Shown here: positions 33,718 through 43,718 of the stretch, one piece after another
How positions within the stretch are numbered: position 1 is the stretch's first letter
How the letters are laid out: every line of letters starts with the position of its first letter
IMG/VR virus record: IMGVR_UViG_3300042507_002862
Span: 1-60,520 of that record
DNA: 60,520 bases
Strand: one strand, 5' to 3'
Source: a virus
Taxonomy: Duplodnaviria > Caudoviricetes
The notes under the pieces: model-generated
Told to the model about the DNA's origin: nothing
The model's database searches: none
What the model saw: only the letters and a program-made list of their open reading frames with translations
Position numbers and translations under genes: made by a program

Positions 33718-34404
33718 ATGCACATTAACTACGCGGGCAAGGAAGTATGGCTTTCGGAAGACATGGCCCGACAGGTGGGGGAAGCCATTGACCGCTATAT
33801 AGGCCGACATGGCGACTTGCAGAATCCGGCCATGCTTCCCCGTCATGACCGGGAAGACATGCGGCAAACGATCATGACCGATTGGATGGGTGCCGATTGG
33901 CTAGACCTGTGTTTTCGGCATCTCACCAACACGGGACGCCATATCTTCCCCGCCGATGGTAACCCTATGGATTACCACCTACGGGGGGCCCTGTTTATGG
34001 CCGGCAGGGCAAGGGTACGACGTTGGCACGGGGAGGAAGACAGCACTACCATCCCAAGCCTACGGGCCCGTGGCATGACCGACTTCAGCGGGGCAGGCAT
34101 GGGTAGCCGAACCGCTTCCCCCGATAGGATTCTGGAAGCCATTGAAACGGCAAGTACCATCGGCATCCGGCCAGTATCAGACAGGGCACTACGGGCCCGC
34201 CGCAGGCAAGTCAGAACCCGCCGTAGCTTCCAGTACATTGTCAACGTAGTGGCCCGCTACGATGACAGGACGGCCATCCAGATAGAGAAGGTAGCACAGT
34301 ACAACTACAGGCAGGCGGGGAGCGTACCCAACCGACAGACCCCCAAGGGGAAGCCCTGCAAGGCCAGCCCATCGGACAGCCTGCGAGAAGCCATCCAAGG
34401 CTAG
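33718..34404 (+). CDS. Hypothetical protein in a monocistronic unit
   Basis: 228 aa, GGAGAG RBS, basic C-terminus. Confidence 0.65.
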   Translation: MHINYAGKEVWLSEDMARQVGEAIDRYIGRHGDLQNPAMLPRHDREDMRQTIMTDWMGADWLDLCFRHLTNTGRHIFPADGNPMDYHLRGALFMAGRARVRRWHGEEDSTTIPSLRARGMTDFSGAGMGSRTASPDRILEAIETASTIGIRPVSDRALRARRRQVRTRRSFQYIVNVVARYDDRTAIQIEKVAQYNYRQAGSVPNRQTPKGKPCKASPSDSLREAIQG

Positions 34405-34414
34405 GCCAGCCGGT

Positions 34415-34455
34415 AAAACCCCCTCCCCCGCAAGCCGTGGGGAGGGGGTTTTTTT
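34415..34455 (+). terminator. Rho-independent terminator
   Basis: AAAACCCCCTCCCC / GGGGAGGGGG-TTTTTTT. Confidence 0.85.
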
Positions 34456-34859
34456 ATGCCAGCCAGGCGGACTATACGGGTGTACACCCTCGGCGGACTA
34501 GGTGTCCGATGGGGAGGGGGGGGCGATGCATGCCAGCCAATCCCCGGGGAAAATCAATGTTCACCAAATCGGTAATGTATCCCATGGTTTTGACTAGCTT
34601 ACAGAGAGAACGCCATAAGTGTAGGCGGGCCATAGACTTAGGGAACGGGGGGGAGGGCAGGAGACACGCACTAGACCCCCCTCCCGCCCCCAACGCGGAA
34701 GCGGATTATTGTCATATCCACCCCTGGATTTTTTCCACCCTCTAGCCCCCACATGTCGCTTTTTCCCCTCTTCCACGCCACATCGCCGCAATCTGTCGCT
34801 GCGTGACTCCAATGGCTTAGCCCTATTTTCCAGCCTTCTGCGTGTCCGCTGTCGCCGCG

Positions 34860-34876
34860 GGGCACTTGCCTAGTAG
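34860..34876 (+). promoter_or_regulatory. Putative phage late promoter GGGCACT-N7-TAG
   Basis: Directly precedes the RBS of 34887. Confidence 0.45.
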
Positions 34877-34886
34877 GAGGGCATCG

Positions 34887-35540
34887 ATGGCTGACTTACC
34901 GGGGTGGTTCGGAGAACAACAGCGGCTGTTTCGCTCCTCCGCACCAGGAGCATTTGGCAAAGGGCGTACGGCCAGCGATGGTGTCTCAGCAGATGCTAGT
35001 TGGTGGGGCGAAGAAGCTGAGTTTGATGCTGACATCAAAGAGCGTCTGAAAAGCTCAGACCCAGCAGTGCGCGCCGAGGCTCAAAGACTCCTCATCGCTC
35101 GCAACGCCCGCAAGAGCCAAGGGCGCAATCCCTTCCAGTCTCAAGCTGCCCCGCAACCCGCCGCGCAGCCAGATGCTCAGGAAGGCCCCCAGCGCGCGAT
35201 TAGACGGCCGTTCGGTATGCAGGCGTACTCAGGAGCCAATCCGGTGCAACAGGGCTTTATAAACGAATTTGGACCCGCTGCGCAGGGGCAGCACCTTGCC
35301 GGCATGATCGCGCAGACTCAGGGCGCCATCCAAGACGAGAACGATTCCCGCGTGGCTCAGTCGCGCGAGCAGGGCCGGATGGCCCATGAGCGTGAGATGG
35401 AGGCTATGCGCCAAGAGGCTTTGTTACAGCGCTTGGCCATGGAACAACGGGAGCGGGAGAAGGATCGCATTCTCCAGAAGCAATTAACGTCCGGTGTAAC
35501 AACCCGTAAGCTCGTTAACGGACGGTGGGTGGATGTTTGA
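34887..35540 (+). CDS. Hypothetical Gln/Ala-rich protein
   Basis: 217 aa, AGGAGG RBS. Confidence 0.7.
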   Translation: MADLPGWFGEQQRLFRSSAPGAFGKGRTASDGVSADASWWGEEAEFDADIKERLKSSDPAVRAEAQRLLIARNARKSQGRNPFQSQAAPQPAAQPDAQEGPQRAIRRPFGMQAYSGANPVQQGFINEFGPAAQGQHLAGMIAQTQGAIQDENDSRVAQSREQGRMAHEREMEAMRQEALLQRLAMEQREREKDRILQKQLTSGVTTRKLVNGRWVDV

Positions 35541-35570
35541 CTATCTCTTTGAAGACGATTGGTGTGAATA

Positions 35571-35873
35571 GTGTTCCGTTGGCTGTCCTATGCCATCCTG
35601 CGCGCTGGGGCGTGGCCGCGGGTTCGACGGGAACACCTTCTCAAAGAACCTGAGTGCATAGCGTGCGGCCGGTCCAAGGAACTGGAGGTACATCACGTAT
35701 TACCTCTCAGCATGGGCGGTGCAGAATTGGACCCCGCTAATCTGGTCACGCTGTGTGCGGATCCTTGTCACCTTGTCCACGGACACTTAATGGCATGGAC
35801 CCGTGCGAACCCGGAAGTACGGGAAGACTGCACCCGCTATCGGGCAAAACTGGAGAAGGCTAAGAATGGCTGA
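35571..35873 (+). CDS. HNH endonuclease
   Basis: CIACG..EVHHVLP..GG..D..NLVTLC...H. Confidence 0.88.
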   Translation: MFRWLSYAILRAGAWPRVRREHLLKEPECIACGRSKELEVHHVLPLSMGGAELDPANLVTLCADPCHLVHGHLMAWTRANPEVREDCTRYRAKLEKAKNG

Positions 35874-36522
35874 CACATGGGCGAGGTACTTCGGTGGCGT
35901 GCAGCTGACTCCCGGGCAGATCCGCGACGAGCAGGAACGCCGGGCGATGATCGACAGCGAAATGCAGGATGTGAACGCCCCACCCGACAGGAAGATGGCG
36001 TACCTCCAGTCGCAGGGCATGCTGGCTCCCATCCCCACACACCGGCCGGGAGAAGTGTGGGGCGACATGGGCAAGGCTGCATACAACACAGCCGATGTTG
36101 CACTGAAAGCCTTGGATAGCCTGGGGAGAGGAAGGGACGCGGCGTTTCGCGCAGTCCAAGAGGTGAGCGGCCCGCTGGTCAACATTGTCGAAGGCCAGAA
36201 CGGTTTGGTTCCGCGAGAAGGCAACTGGAACCCCTCTGCAGCCCTGGGCCATCTCGCCAGTATCCCAAGCAACATGGTCGCTCCTCTCACTGGAGCAAGA
36301 GTCGTTGGTGGATACGGAGAGTCCGATGACTGGCGGCAATACGCCACTCCCGGCAATGCCATGATGATCGACATCGCCACCGATCTTGGCAACTGGCTTC
36401 CGCTTCCCACTATCGGCGCAGCCAAGAACGCACTCAAAGCCTCTGGAAACGCTCTCCGATACGGCGGTGCAGTGGACAGCCAGGGCCCAGTCATCCGCCA
36501 GCTTATGAGTCCAGCGAGGTAG
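35866..36522 (+). CDS. Hypothetical protein
   Basis: 218 aa, RBS present. Confidence 0.65.
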   Translation: MADTWARYFGGVQLTPGQIRDEQERRAMIDSEMQDVNAPPDRKMAYLQSQGMLAPIPTHRPGEVWGDMGKAAYNTADVALKALDSLGRGRDAAFRAVQEVSGPLVNIVEGQNGLVPREGNWNPSAALGHLASIPSNMVAPLTGARVVGGYGESDDWRQYATPGNAMMIDIATDLGNWLPLPTIGAAKNALKASGNALRYGGAVDSQGPVIRQLMSPAR

Positions 36523-36524
36523 CA

Positions 36525-36770
36525 ATGGCCGACATCGAAGATCAGATCCGCAAGCTCATCGAAGCCGGCGACATCGGCGTGAACTGGGACGGCCCGCGCG
36601 AGATGTGGCACCAGAACGGTCGCCTGCCTGCGAAATACGACAAGAGCGCCATTCAATTCCCAACCTCAGACCCAACACGCACCACCATCCGCAAGCAGAC
36701 GATGCGCCGTTACCCGGCCGTGCGCACTGATCCTCGCTATGCCGACCAGTACAAAGACCAAGACACTTAG
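36525..36770 (+). CDS. Hypothetical protein
   Basis: 81 aa, GAGGT RBS. Confidence 0.65.
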   Translation: MADIEDQIRKLIEAGDIGVNWDGPREMWHQNGRLPAKYDKSAIQFPTSDPTRTTIRKQTMRRYPAVRTDPRYADQYKDQDT

Positions 36771-36799
36771 ACCTACCCCGTAACAAAATAGGAGAAACA

Positions 36800-36816
36800 G
36801 GACACTGACTATGTAG
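36800..36816 (+). promoter_or_regulatory. Putative phage late promoter GGACACT-N7-TAG
   Basis: Intergenic, 23 nt before the scaffold start. Confidence 0.55.
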
Positions 36817-36839
36817 ACCCTTCCCCCGAAAGGATTTAC

Positions 36840-37871
36840 ATGTCAGACGAAACACCAGACATCCAGACGCAGGACGCTCCCGTCGCAGAGCAGACGGCGA
36901 GCTACGACTCTCCAGTTGAGAGTTCGGCCGGTACGGAGACTTCTACTCCCGGCTTTGATACCCCCTACTCCGCGTTTCGCCATCTGCCGGACTTCCAGGG
37001 TCAGGACGATCTCACCATCGCCCAGAACCTGTACCGGGCCTACAACGGCTACGGGGAAACCCAGCGGCAGCTGCAGCAGTTCCAGAGCTTGATCCCCGAT
37101 ACCACTGAGTACATCCGCAACAAGGCGGAATACGCCAAGTGGCAGGCGGCGCAGCGCGAAGCGGCTAAGCCCAAGGAGCCGGAAGCGCCCAAGTGGTGGA
37201 ACCCTCCCCAGGTCAAAGATACCTGGAGGAGCTACATCGTCCGCGACCCGCAGACGGGCAAGGAAGTCATCTCCCCCGATGCTCCGTATGAGGCCCAGCA
37301 GTCTCTGCGCGAGTACCAGGCGTACACGGCCGACTTCGCCCGCAAGCTGGTGACCGATCCCGAAAACACGCTCAAGCCCTTCGTTGAGCAGGTTGCGATC
37401 CAGAAGGCGCAGGAGATGGTGCAGAACCATCTCAACCAGTACCAGACCCAGAACTTTGTTCAGGATCTGGAGCGGCAGAACGCCGACTGGCTGTACGACC
37501 AGCAGGGCAATCCCACCCGTGAAGGTCAGGCCATCTCGCAGTACATCGGCCAGGCCGCGCAGCTGGGCATCCAGTCGGCCAATGACCGCTGGAAGTACGC
37601 GACCGGCATGCTGCAGCGCGACCTCCTGAACATGCGCTACCAGCAGATGCAGGCACAACCGGCGCAGGGTTTCGCAGGGGTGCCAGCGCCAGCACCGGCC
37701 CCAGCGGCACCTGCGGACCCAGTGGCACAACAGAACATGCAGTTCCTTCGGGAGCGTGCAACGCGCACCCCGAATCGAAGTGCTGGAACTACGGAACCGC
37801 GCGCACCGCGCTCGCGGATGAGTTTTGAGGACCGGCTGAAAAGCCAACTCGCTAACGATGGAGTTATCTGA
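36840..37871 (+). CDS. Putative capsid scaffolding protein
   Basis: 343 aa; acidic disordered N-terminus and helical Gln-rich body; directly upstream of the capsid gene. Confidence 0.7.
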   Translation: MSDETPDIQTQDAPVAEQTASYDSPVESSAGTETSTPGFDTPYSAFRHLPDFQGQDDLTIAQNLYRAYNGYGETQRQLQQFQSLIPDTTEYIRNKAEYAKWQAAQREAAKPKEPEAPKWWNPPQVKDTWRSYIVRDPQTGKEVISPDAPYEAQQSLREYQAYTADFARKLVTDPENTLKPFVEQVAIQKAQEMVQNHLNQYQTQNFVQDLERQNADWLYDQQGNPTREGQAISQYIGQAAQLGIQSANDRWKYATGMLQRDLLNMRYQQMQAQPAQGFAGVPAPAPAPAAPADPVAQQNMQFLRERATRTPNRSAGTTEPRAPRSRMSFEDRLKSQLANDGVI

Positions 37872-38980
37872 TGGCTAGTTCGACTGACTGGGCAAGGTCT
37901 ATTGCTACGACGATTGTAAACCATCTTCGCGAAGAAGAGGTTGCATCGCTTCGTAAGTACAAGTTGTTCGCCGCGCTTGAGGGTTCGGGCCAGATCCGAA
38001 CCAACATGTCGGGCAGAGGTTTCGACTGGGAACTCCAGTACCGTAATCACACGCCTTCGGGCAACAATGGTGAGACGCCGCGAACCTTCGCGCGCCAGAA
38101 CCTCTGGAAGCGTGCGGAGCTTGAATTCCGGGGCGCGCAAGCCTCTGACGCGATTTACAAGAAAGAGATGCTTGAGAACCGTTCGGCTCAGGCTCTTGTA
38201 AACGTCGCTGGTAAGATGGCCAGCCGTCTGCTGACGAGCATGGAACAGTACCTTGCCAAGGAGTGGATTGTTGACGGCTATGCTGCTGGCAACGAGCTTC
38301 GCTTCCACGGCATCGAAAGTTTCATGGGCAACAACGGTACTGTCAATGTTACCACTGGCGCCCAGCGTGCGGCCAATGCGGCTGACCCGTTCTGCTACCC
38401 GACCGACACCTACGCTGGTCTTTCGACCGTGCTGGGTGCCTACGGCGGCTCGCAGACAACCGGCGTCTGGCCCAACGGCTACGCCGATCCTGAGTTTGAT
38501 TTCTTCTCGCCGGTGCAGGTCAACTTCACTTCGTCCTACTTCGGTGGAGCGACGTGGAAGGACAACTGCGTGAAGGCTGTGCGTGAGGCGATTCATCAGA
38601 CCCGCCGGAACGACAGCAAGGAAGATCAAGTGGACATGGTGTTGCTTGATCGCCGCCTGTTCATCGACTTCCTCAACACGCTGGACTCCAAGGAGCGCGT
38701 GATCGTCAGCCGCACCAACGGCCTGCGGTCCTATGGCTTCACCGATGTGTTTGAGTTGGACGGCGTGGAAATCAGTAGTGAAAATTCTGTTCCCGCCAAC
38801 ACCGGATATGGCCTGTCTGTGGGCAATATCGAACTGCTCTGCATGGAAGGTCAGCTGCTCAATAGCGAGGGACCGTTCTATGACGAAATCACGCAGCAGT
38901 ACCGCTACGTTGTTTCGACGCTCGGCAACCTGAAGTTCAAGTCGCCGCGTAACTTCTTCAAGCTCACCACTCTCGCCTGA
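37871..38980 (+). CDS. Major capsid protein
   Basis: 369 aa; position after the scaffold; HK97-like features (DG......FHGI; C-terminal GNL...SPR). Confidence 0.8.
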   Translation: MASSTDWARSIATTIVNHLREEEVASLRKYKLFAALEGSGQIRTNMSGRGFDWELQYRNHTPSGNNGETPRTFARQNLWKRAELEFRGAQASDAIYKKEMLENRSAQALVNVAGKMASRLLTSMEQYLAKEWIVDGYAAGNELRFHGIESFMGNNGTVNVTTGAQRAANAADPFCYPTDTYAGLSTVLGAYGGSQTTGVWPNGYADPEFDFFSPVQVNFTSSYFGGATWKDNCVKAVREAIHQTRRNDSKEDQVDMVLLDRRLFIDFLNTLDSKERVIVSRTNGLRSYGFTDVFELDGVEISSENSVPANTGYGLSVGNIELLCMEGQLLNSEGPFYDEITQQYRYVVSTLGNLKFKSPRNFFKLTTLA

Positions 38981-38998
38981 GAAAGGACTCTAGTCACA

Positions 38999-39613
38999 AT
39001 GGGAATGCAAGTTGATCCTCCGTTCGGTCTTGGTCAGACGCTTGGCATCATCGGTGCCAACGACAGTCTGGTCGGTATTTCTGGTTCGTATGGCGACAAC
39101 TGGGTCGGGGCTGTGAAGGAGTTCACCGACGTGAACCCCACCACGGGTCAGGTCCGCAGCAATCGTCGCAAGGTGTGCATCGCTGTTCGGAACACATCCG
39201 GTGTGGCTCTGCTGCCCAAGCGAGTTGTTCGGCTGTCCGGCACGGGCACTGGCCTGTTCGGTTCGGCTGACGGCTATGCGTCTGTTGCCAACGAGGCGCT
39301 CTGCGGCGTGGTGGACGAGTTCCTCCCTGCCGGCGGTGTGGCTGCGAACGACGTGTTCTGGGTGACGGTTGACGGCCCGACCGAAGTGTCGGTTGCCCTC
39401 TCCGGTTCGGACGTTGCCGTTCGCGACCGGCTGTCGGTGATCACCTCTGCTGCCAGCACCTCCACTACGGCTGGCCGCGTGACGGTGTCTCCGCTGTCTT
39501 CCAGCACCGCTGGTGCCAACGACAACGGCATCGGTGTCATCGGGTTTGCGGCGAGTGCCGGTGCGACAACCGGATCGGCTGTTCTCGCCCTGGTTAAGAC
39601 TCGGGCTTCGTAA
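38999..39613 (+). CDS. Putative capsid decoration/cement protein
   Basis: 204 aa, Gly/Ala/Val beta-rich, FWVTVDGP motif; follows the capsid gene. Confidence 0.6.
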   Translation: MGMQVDPPFGLGQTLGIIGANDSLVGISGSYGDNWVGAVKEFTDVNPTTGQVRSNRRKVCIAVRNTSGVALLPKRVVRLSGTGTGLFGSADGYASVANEALCGVVDEFLPAGGVAANDVFWVTVDGPTEVSVALSGSDVAVRDRLSVITSAASTSTTAGRVTVSPLSSSTAGANDNGIGVIGFAASAGATTGSAVLALVKTRAS

Positions 39614-39638
39614 TTTGCCCTTCACGGGCTTTCGGGGG

Positions 39639-39674
39639 CGGGGCCAGGGTGGAAACATCCTGGCCCCGTTTTCT
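39639..39674 (+). terminator. Rho-independent terminator after the capsid genes
   Basis: CGGGGCCAGGGTG-GAAA-CATCCTGGCCCCG-TTTTCT. Confidence 0.8.
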
Positions 39675-39676
39675 GT

Positions 39677-39832
39677 ATGGACAACCCACCAGCAATCCAG
39701 AACTTAGATTTCCTGCGCCAGCTGATCGCTGAGATACGCGATCTTCCGCAGGACGATGCCGACCGACTCAGAATGCTTTACGGCACTGGCCTTGGCACTG
39801 ACGGCCTGACCACCCAGCAAGGAGATCGCTGA
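39677..39832 (+). CDS. 51-aa hypothetical protein
   Basis: MDNPPAIQNLDFLRQLIAEIR...; TGATG-coupled to 39832. Confidence 0.5.
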   Translation: MDNPPAIQNLDFLRQLIAEIRDLPQDDADRLRMLYGTGLGTDGLTTQQGDR

Positions 39833-40464
39833 TGGCTACTGTGTGGGCTGGTGGCACTCCCAACTTCGATGAGAAGACCGGGCAGTACAAGCAGGCTTAC
39901 CAAGCCGCCCAGAAGCCATTCGACCCTTCGGCCATCCTGAAGCAACACGGGTTTGGTGACTACAAGCCCGGGTCTTTCACGCAAGTCGCCGCCTCTTCCG
40001 CACCCACCCCAAGCAACCAGATTTGGGCGCAGGCGTGGAACCAGGCTAGGCCGCAGTCGCAAAAGGCAACCCCGCAGGCCAACACCTACACAGCGCCGGG
40101 CGAACACTACCGCCAACAGCTGCGCTTTGACGGCAAGCCCCAGGCCGCTCCCGCGCGGATGGGCAGCAGTGACTTTGGTAATTACGCCTACGCGCAGGAC
40201 GGCTACCGGCCGGCGGCATTCACTCAGAAGGCGACCGACTTCACGGGCGCCGCAAGCGAATCGCCAGACTTCGCGCGGCGAGATGCGTTCATCGACCAGT
40301 TAAACGCGCGCCTGGGCAGTTACCAGAGCGGCGTGTACTCCACGCCCCAGCCACGCAATGCCCCAAGCTATGACGTGCAGGCCCTGTGGGAGAACGCTGG
40401 GAAGATGGTTCGCAACGGCTGGCGCAACCCGTTCTCACGTCAATCTCCGCTTGCAAACGCCTAG
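39832..40464 (+). CDS. Hypothetical protein
   Basis: 210 aa, AAGGAG RBS. Confidence 0.65.
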   Translation: MATVWAGGTPNFDEKTGQYKQAYQAAQKPFDPSAILKQHGFGDYKPGSFTQVAASSAPTPSNQIWAQAWNQARPQSQKATPQANTYTAPGEHYRQQLRFDGKPQAAPARMGSSDFGNYAYAQDGYRPAAFTQKATDFTGAASESPDFARRDAFIDQLNARLGSYQSGVYSTPQPRNAPSYDVQALWENAGKMVRNGWRNPFSRQSPLANA

Positions 40465-40478
40465 CTAGCCTATACAAT
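40451..40478 (+). promoter_or_regulatory. Sigma70-type promoter TTGCAA-N16-TACAAT
   Basis: Near-consensus hexamers ending 24 nt before ATG 40503. Confidence 0.6.
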
Positions 40479-40502
40479 AGTTCACCAACCCCCGAGGTGA
40501 TC

Positions 40503-41390
40503 ATGTTGCACAAGTTTACGGTCGGCATCTGCACGTTCAGCTACGGCGGCAATGGCGGCATTAGCTCCGAGGTTCCCGACATTCGGGAGTGGATGGTGCC
40601 GATGGTGTCGGAGGCGAGCAAAGATCCTCGCATCCAAGACATCCGCATCTGGAACCTGGCCGACACTCCGATCACCATGACCCGCAACCGCGCCGTCCTC
40701 ATGGCACGCGACTACGGGTGTGATGTTCTGCTCATGGTCGATTCGGACATGAAGCCGGACATGCTGGTGACTGCGGAGGGCGCCAAGCCGTTCTTCCAGT
40801 CATCGTTCGACTTCCTAGTGGATCACTACGCCAAGGGTCCGGTGGTCATCGGCGCCCCGTACTGCGGCCCGCCGCCCGCGGAGTGCGTCTATGTGTTCCG
40901 GTGGCAGAACCAGCAGAACGAGAACGCCAACCCGGACTTCCAGCTGGAGATGTACGACCGGCACACGGCGATCAAGATGGCTGGCATCCAAGAGTGCGCC
41001 GCCCTTCCGACCGGCCTGATCATGTACGACATGCGAGCGTTTGAGCTTACGGAGCCCAAGTCCGAAGATGACAAGCCGTGGTTCTACTATGAGTGGTCCG
41101 ACAAGTACGCCGCAAACAAGGCGTCCACGGAAGACGTGACGATGACTCGCGACCTGTCCTTGGTCGGCACGCAGCGCCTTGGCTATTCCCCGGTGTTCTG
41201 CAACTGGGATGCGTGGGCCGGTCACTGGAAACCCAAGTGCGTTGGCAAGCCCGTGGCCATCGATGCCAGGGGTGTCAGCGACAAACTGCGCAGCTGCTGG
41301 GAAGCCAAGTGCGACAGCAACGTAAAGCTCGTTGACCTGCGCCCTAAGTGGAACTATCGGCCGACCAAGCCGTCGATAACGAATGGCTGA
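40503..41390 (+). CDS. GT-A fold glycosyltransferase-like protein
   Basis: TRN.AV, LLMVDSDM (DxD), PTG....D, PWF, ED and GH.K motifs; GAGGTG RBS. Confidence 0.7.
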   Translation: MLHKFTVGICTFSYGGNGGISSEVPDIREWMVPMVSEASKDPRIQDIRIWNLADTPITMTRNRAVLMARDYGCDVLLMVDSDMKPDMLVTAEGAKPFFQSSFDFLVDHYAKGPVVIGAPYCGPPPAECVYVFRWQNQQNENANPDFQLEMYDRHTAIKMAGIQECAALPTGLIMYDMRAFELTEPKSEDDKPWFYYEWSDKYAANKASTEDVTMTRDLSLVGTQRLGYSPVFCNWDAWAGHWKPKCVGKPVAIDARGVSDKLRSCWEAKCDSNVKLVDLRPKWNYRPTKPSITNG

Positions 41391-41988
41391 ATACAAGGCG
41401 TGCATCCAGTGCGGTCACTCCTATGAGTTGACTCCGACCCACTGGCACAAATCCAAGGACGGGTTTCACGCACGCTGCCGCAAGTGCCGCAACGCCCATG
41501 AGAAGAAGTCACGCAAGAAGAAGACCAACAAGAAGCTGGCGGAGATTGAGAAGGGCGCAGTCGATCTCTTTGTAGCCTCTGCCAGGATCGGCGGAGCGAA
41601 CATCCCCCACTCATCGGAACTCTTGGAGGTTCTGATGGAATACTTCGGTGGGGTGCGAGGATTTGCAAACTGCTACATGAAGCAGCTTTTCGACTCACCG
41701 TCCGGCGGCGCGTTCCGCACCAAGATGCTGGACACCGTCGTTCGGCTTGTCTCCGCGAACACGGCGATGGGCGGGGCGAAGAAACCCCTCACCGCTTGGA
41801 CTGAAGAGGAACTGGAAGACGAGCTTCGCCAGCGGATCCTTGAGGCCGCAACAACGATCACAGTACAGGGAATCCCTTTGAAGGAGATGCAGCATGGAGT
41901 GTCAGAAGTGCCGGTGGTGGAAGGCGATGCCGGGGCAGGCAATGTACGGGAAGTGTCGGAGATACCCGCCCCAGGCGGGGCCGGATGA
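41383..41988 (+). CDS. Putative terminase small subunit with an N-terminal Zn finger
   Basis: CIQC...CRKC; helical body ending in TEEELEDEL; directly upstream of TerL. Confidence 0.55.
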   Translation: MAEYKACIQCGHSYELTPTHWHKSKDGFHARCRKCRNAHEKKSRKKKTNKKLAEIEKGAVDLFVASARIGGANIPHSSELLEVLMEYFGGVRGFANCYMKQLFDSPSGGAFRTKMLDTVVRLVSANTAMGGAKKPLTAWTEEELEDELRQRILEAATTITVQGIPLKEMQHGVSEVPVVEGDAGAGNVREVSEIPAPGGAG

Positions 41989-42032
41989 TGACCGTCAGCC
42001 GATCACGCTGAACTACGACTACTGCGGAGAAT

Positions 42033-43718
42033 ATGCGCAAGCACCCACAGATCCCCCCACCGCCGCCACCTGACGAGCCGGCGGTCCAAGGCATCACGCA
42101 GCACGCTCTCAACCAGCTGCGCGATGTTCAGATCGAACTGGCTGAGCGCCGGATCGAAGCCCTGCGTCTGTATTCCCCCATGCCCAAGCAGGAGGAGTTC
42201 CACAAGTGCATGGCGAGCGAACGCCTGCTAATCGGAGGCAACAGAAGCGGCAAGAGTGCCGCAAGTTTCGTAGAGGACGCACGCGCGGCTACCGGGCAAG
42301 ACCCGTACGGGAAATATCCGAAGGAGGGCGGGAACCTAGTGATCATCGGAAGGAACTGGCCCCACGTAGGATTAGTAATAGTACCGATGCTGTTCCGTGC
42401 CGGGGCGTTCAAAATGATCAAGGACGAGACAACGAATCAGTGGAGGGCCTTTAAGCCCGGGGTGGACGATCCCTCAAAAGCCAAACCAGCGCCGCCTCTC
42501 ATCCCGCCTCGCATGATCAAAGAGATGAGTTGGGTGCTGAAGAACGCCGGCTACCTCAACAAGGCAGAGCTTACAAACGGCTGGACTATCAACTGCTTCT
42601 CCTCAGAAGGCGAACCACCGCAGGGCTTTCAGGCCGACTTAGTTCACATTGATGAGGATATTAATAATGAACGGTGGGTCGGTGAAATGCAGGCGAGACT
42701 TGCCGACCGTAAAGGCCGGTTTGTCTGGAGTGCGATGCCACATAGTAAGAACGATGCGTTGCTGGGGCTGTGTGAACGTGCGGACAAGGCCGAAGAGGAA
42801 GGGCAAGAGAACCCGATTATCAAGAAGTTCACCCTGCGCTTCTTGGATAACGCCCACATCGACCAAGAGGAAAAGAAGAAAAACATTGAGCGGTGGTCGG
42901 CCTTGGGAATGGACGAGCTTCGCATGCGAGCGGAGGGTGAGTTCACCACGGAAAGCACGCTCATGTACCCGTCGTTCAATCCTGCAGTGCATGTTCTGCG
43001 GCGCGAGGATCTACCCGGTGGTGTGGTGCCCGCTGAATGGACGCGGTATGTGGCGATCGACCCTGGCCATACAGTCCTCGCGTGCGTCTTCGGTGCCGTG
43101 CCGCCGGACGAGAAGTTCCTGCTGATCTACGACGAACTGTACATCCGCCAAGCCAATGCCCTCATCTTTGGTGACCAGTTCGCCCAGAAGGCCGATGGAC
43201 AGAACTACCGGACTTTCATCATCGACATGCACGGCGGCATGCTCAGAGACTTGGGGTCAGGCCGTCTTCCCCATGAACTGTACTCCGAGGAACTCCGCAA
43301 GCGCGGCATCAAGTCGCAGATGAGCGGGTTCGGATTCATTCCAGGCTCCGATGACATCCCGGCCCGCACGGCGCTCGTCCGGCAGATGCTGCACATCCGC
43401 GGCGACGGGTCCACCAAGCTGAAGTTCTTGGAGGGCGCCTGTCCGAATCTCATGCGCGAGATCCGCCGCTACCGCAAGAAGACCACTAGCGTCAACGGTC
43501 AGGTCTATGTGACCGATGAGCCGCAGAGCCGCGGCGAGGTTCATGCCATCCAATCGGTGGAGTACCTCTGCGCGTACGAACCAAAATACCACGCACCCCC
43601 CAAGACCTATGGTCCCGATCCTTGGTGGGTGAAGTACCTCGCGGAGAAACGCCGCAGGCAGCAGGGGTCCGAAGACAACTGCGTGATTCTCGGGCCAATG
43701 GGGAGTAGACGAAGATGA
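42033..43718 (+). CDS. terL: Terminase large subunit
   Basis: PKQ (Q motif), GGNRSGKS (Walker A), VHIDED (Walker B), AIDPG nuclease motif. Confidence 0.93.
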   Translation: MRKHPQIPPPPPPDEPAVQGITQHALNQLRDVQIELAERRIEALRLYSPMPKQEEFHKCMASERLLIGGNRSGKSAASFVEDARAATGQDPYGKYPKEGGNLVIIGRNWPHVGLVIVPMLFRAGAFKMIKDETTNQWRAFKPGVDDPSKAKPAPPLIPPRMIKEMSWVLKNAGYLNKAELTNGWTINCFSSEGEPPQGFQADLVHIDEDINNERWVGEMQARLADRKGRFVWSAMPHSKNDALLGLCERADKAEEEGQENPIIKKFTLRFLDNAHIDQEEKKKNIERWSALGMDELRMRAEGEFTTESTLMYPSFNPAVHVLRREDLPGGVVPAEWTRYVAIDPGHTVLACVFGAVPPDEKFLLIYDELYIRQANALIFGDQFAQKADGQNYRTFIIDMHGGMLRDLGSGRLPHELYSEELRKRGIKSQMSGFGFIPGSDDIPARTALVRQMLHIRGDGSTKLKFLEGACPNLMREIRRYRKKTTSVNGQVYVTDEPQSRGEVHAIQSVEYLCAYEPKYHAPPKTYGPDPWWVKYLAEKRRRQQGSEDNCVILGPMGSRRR

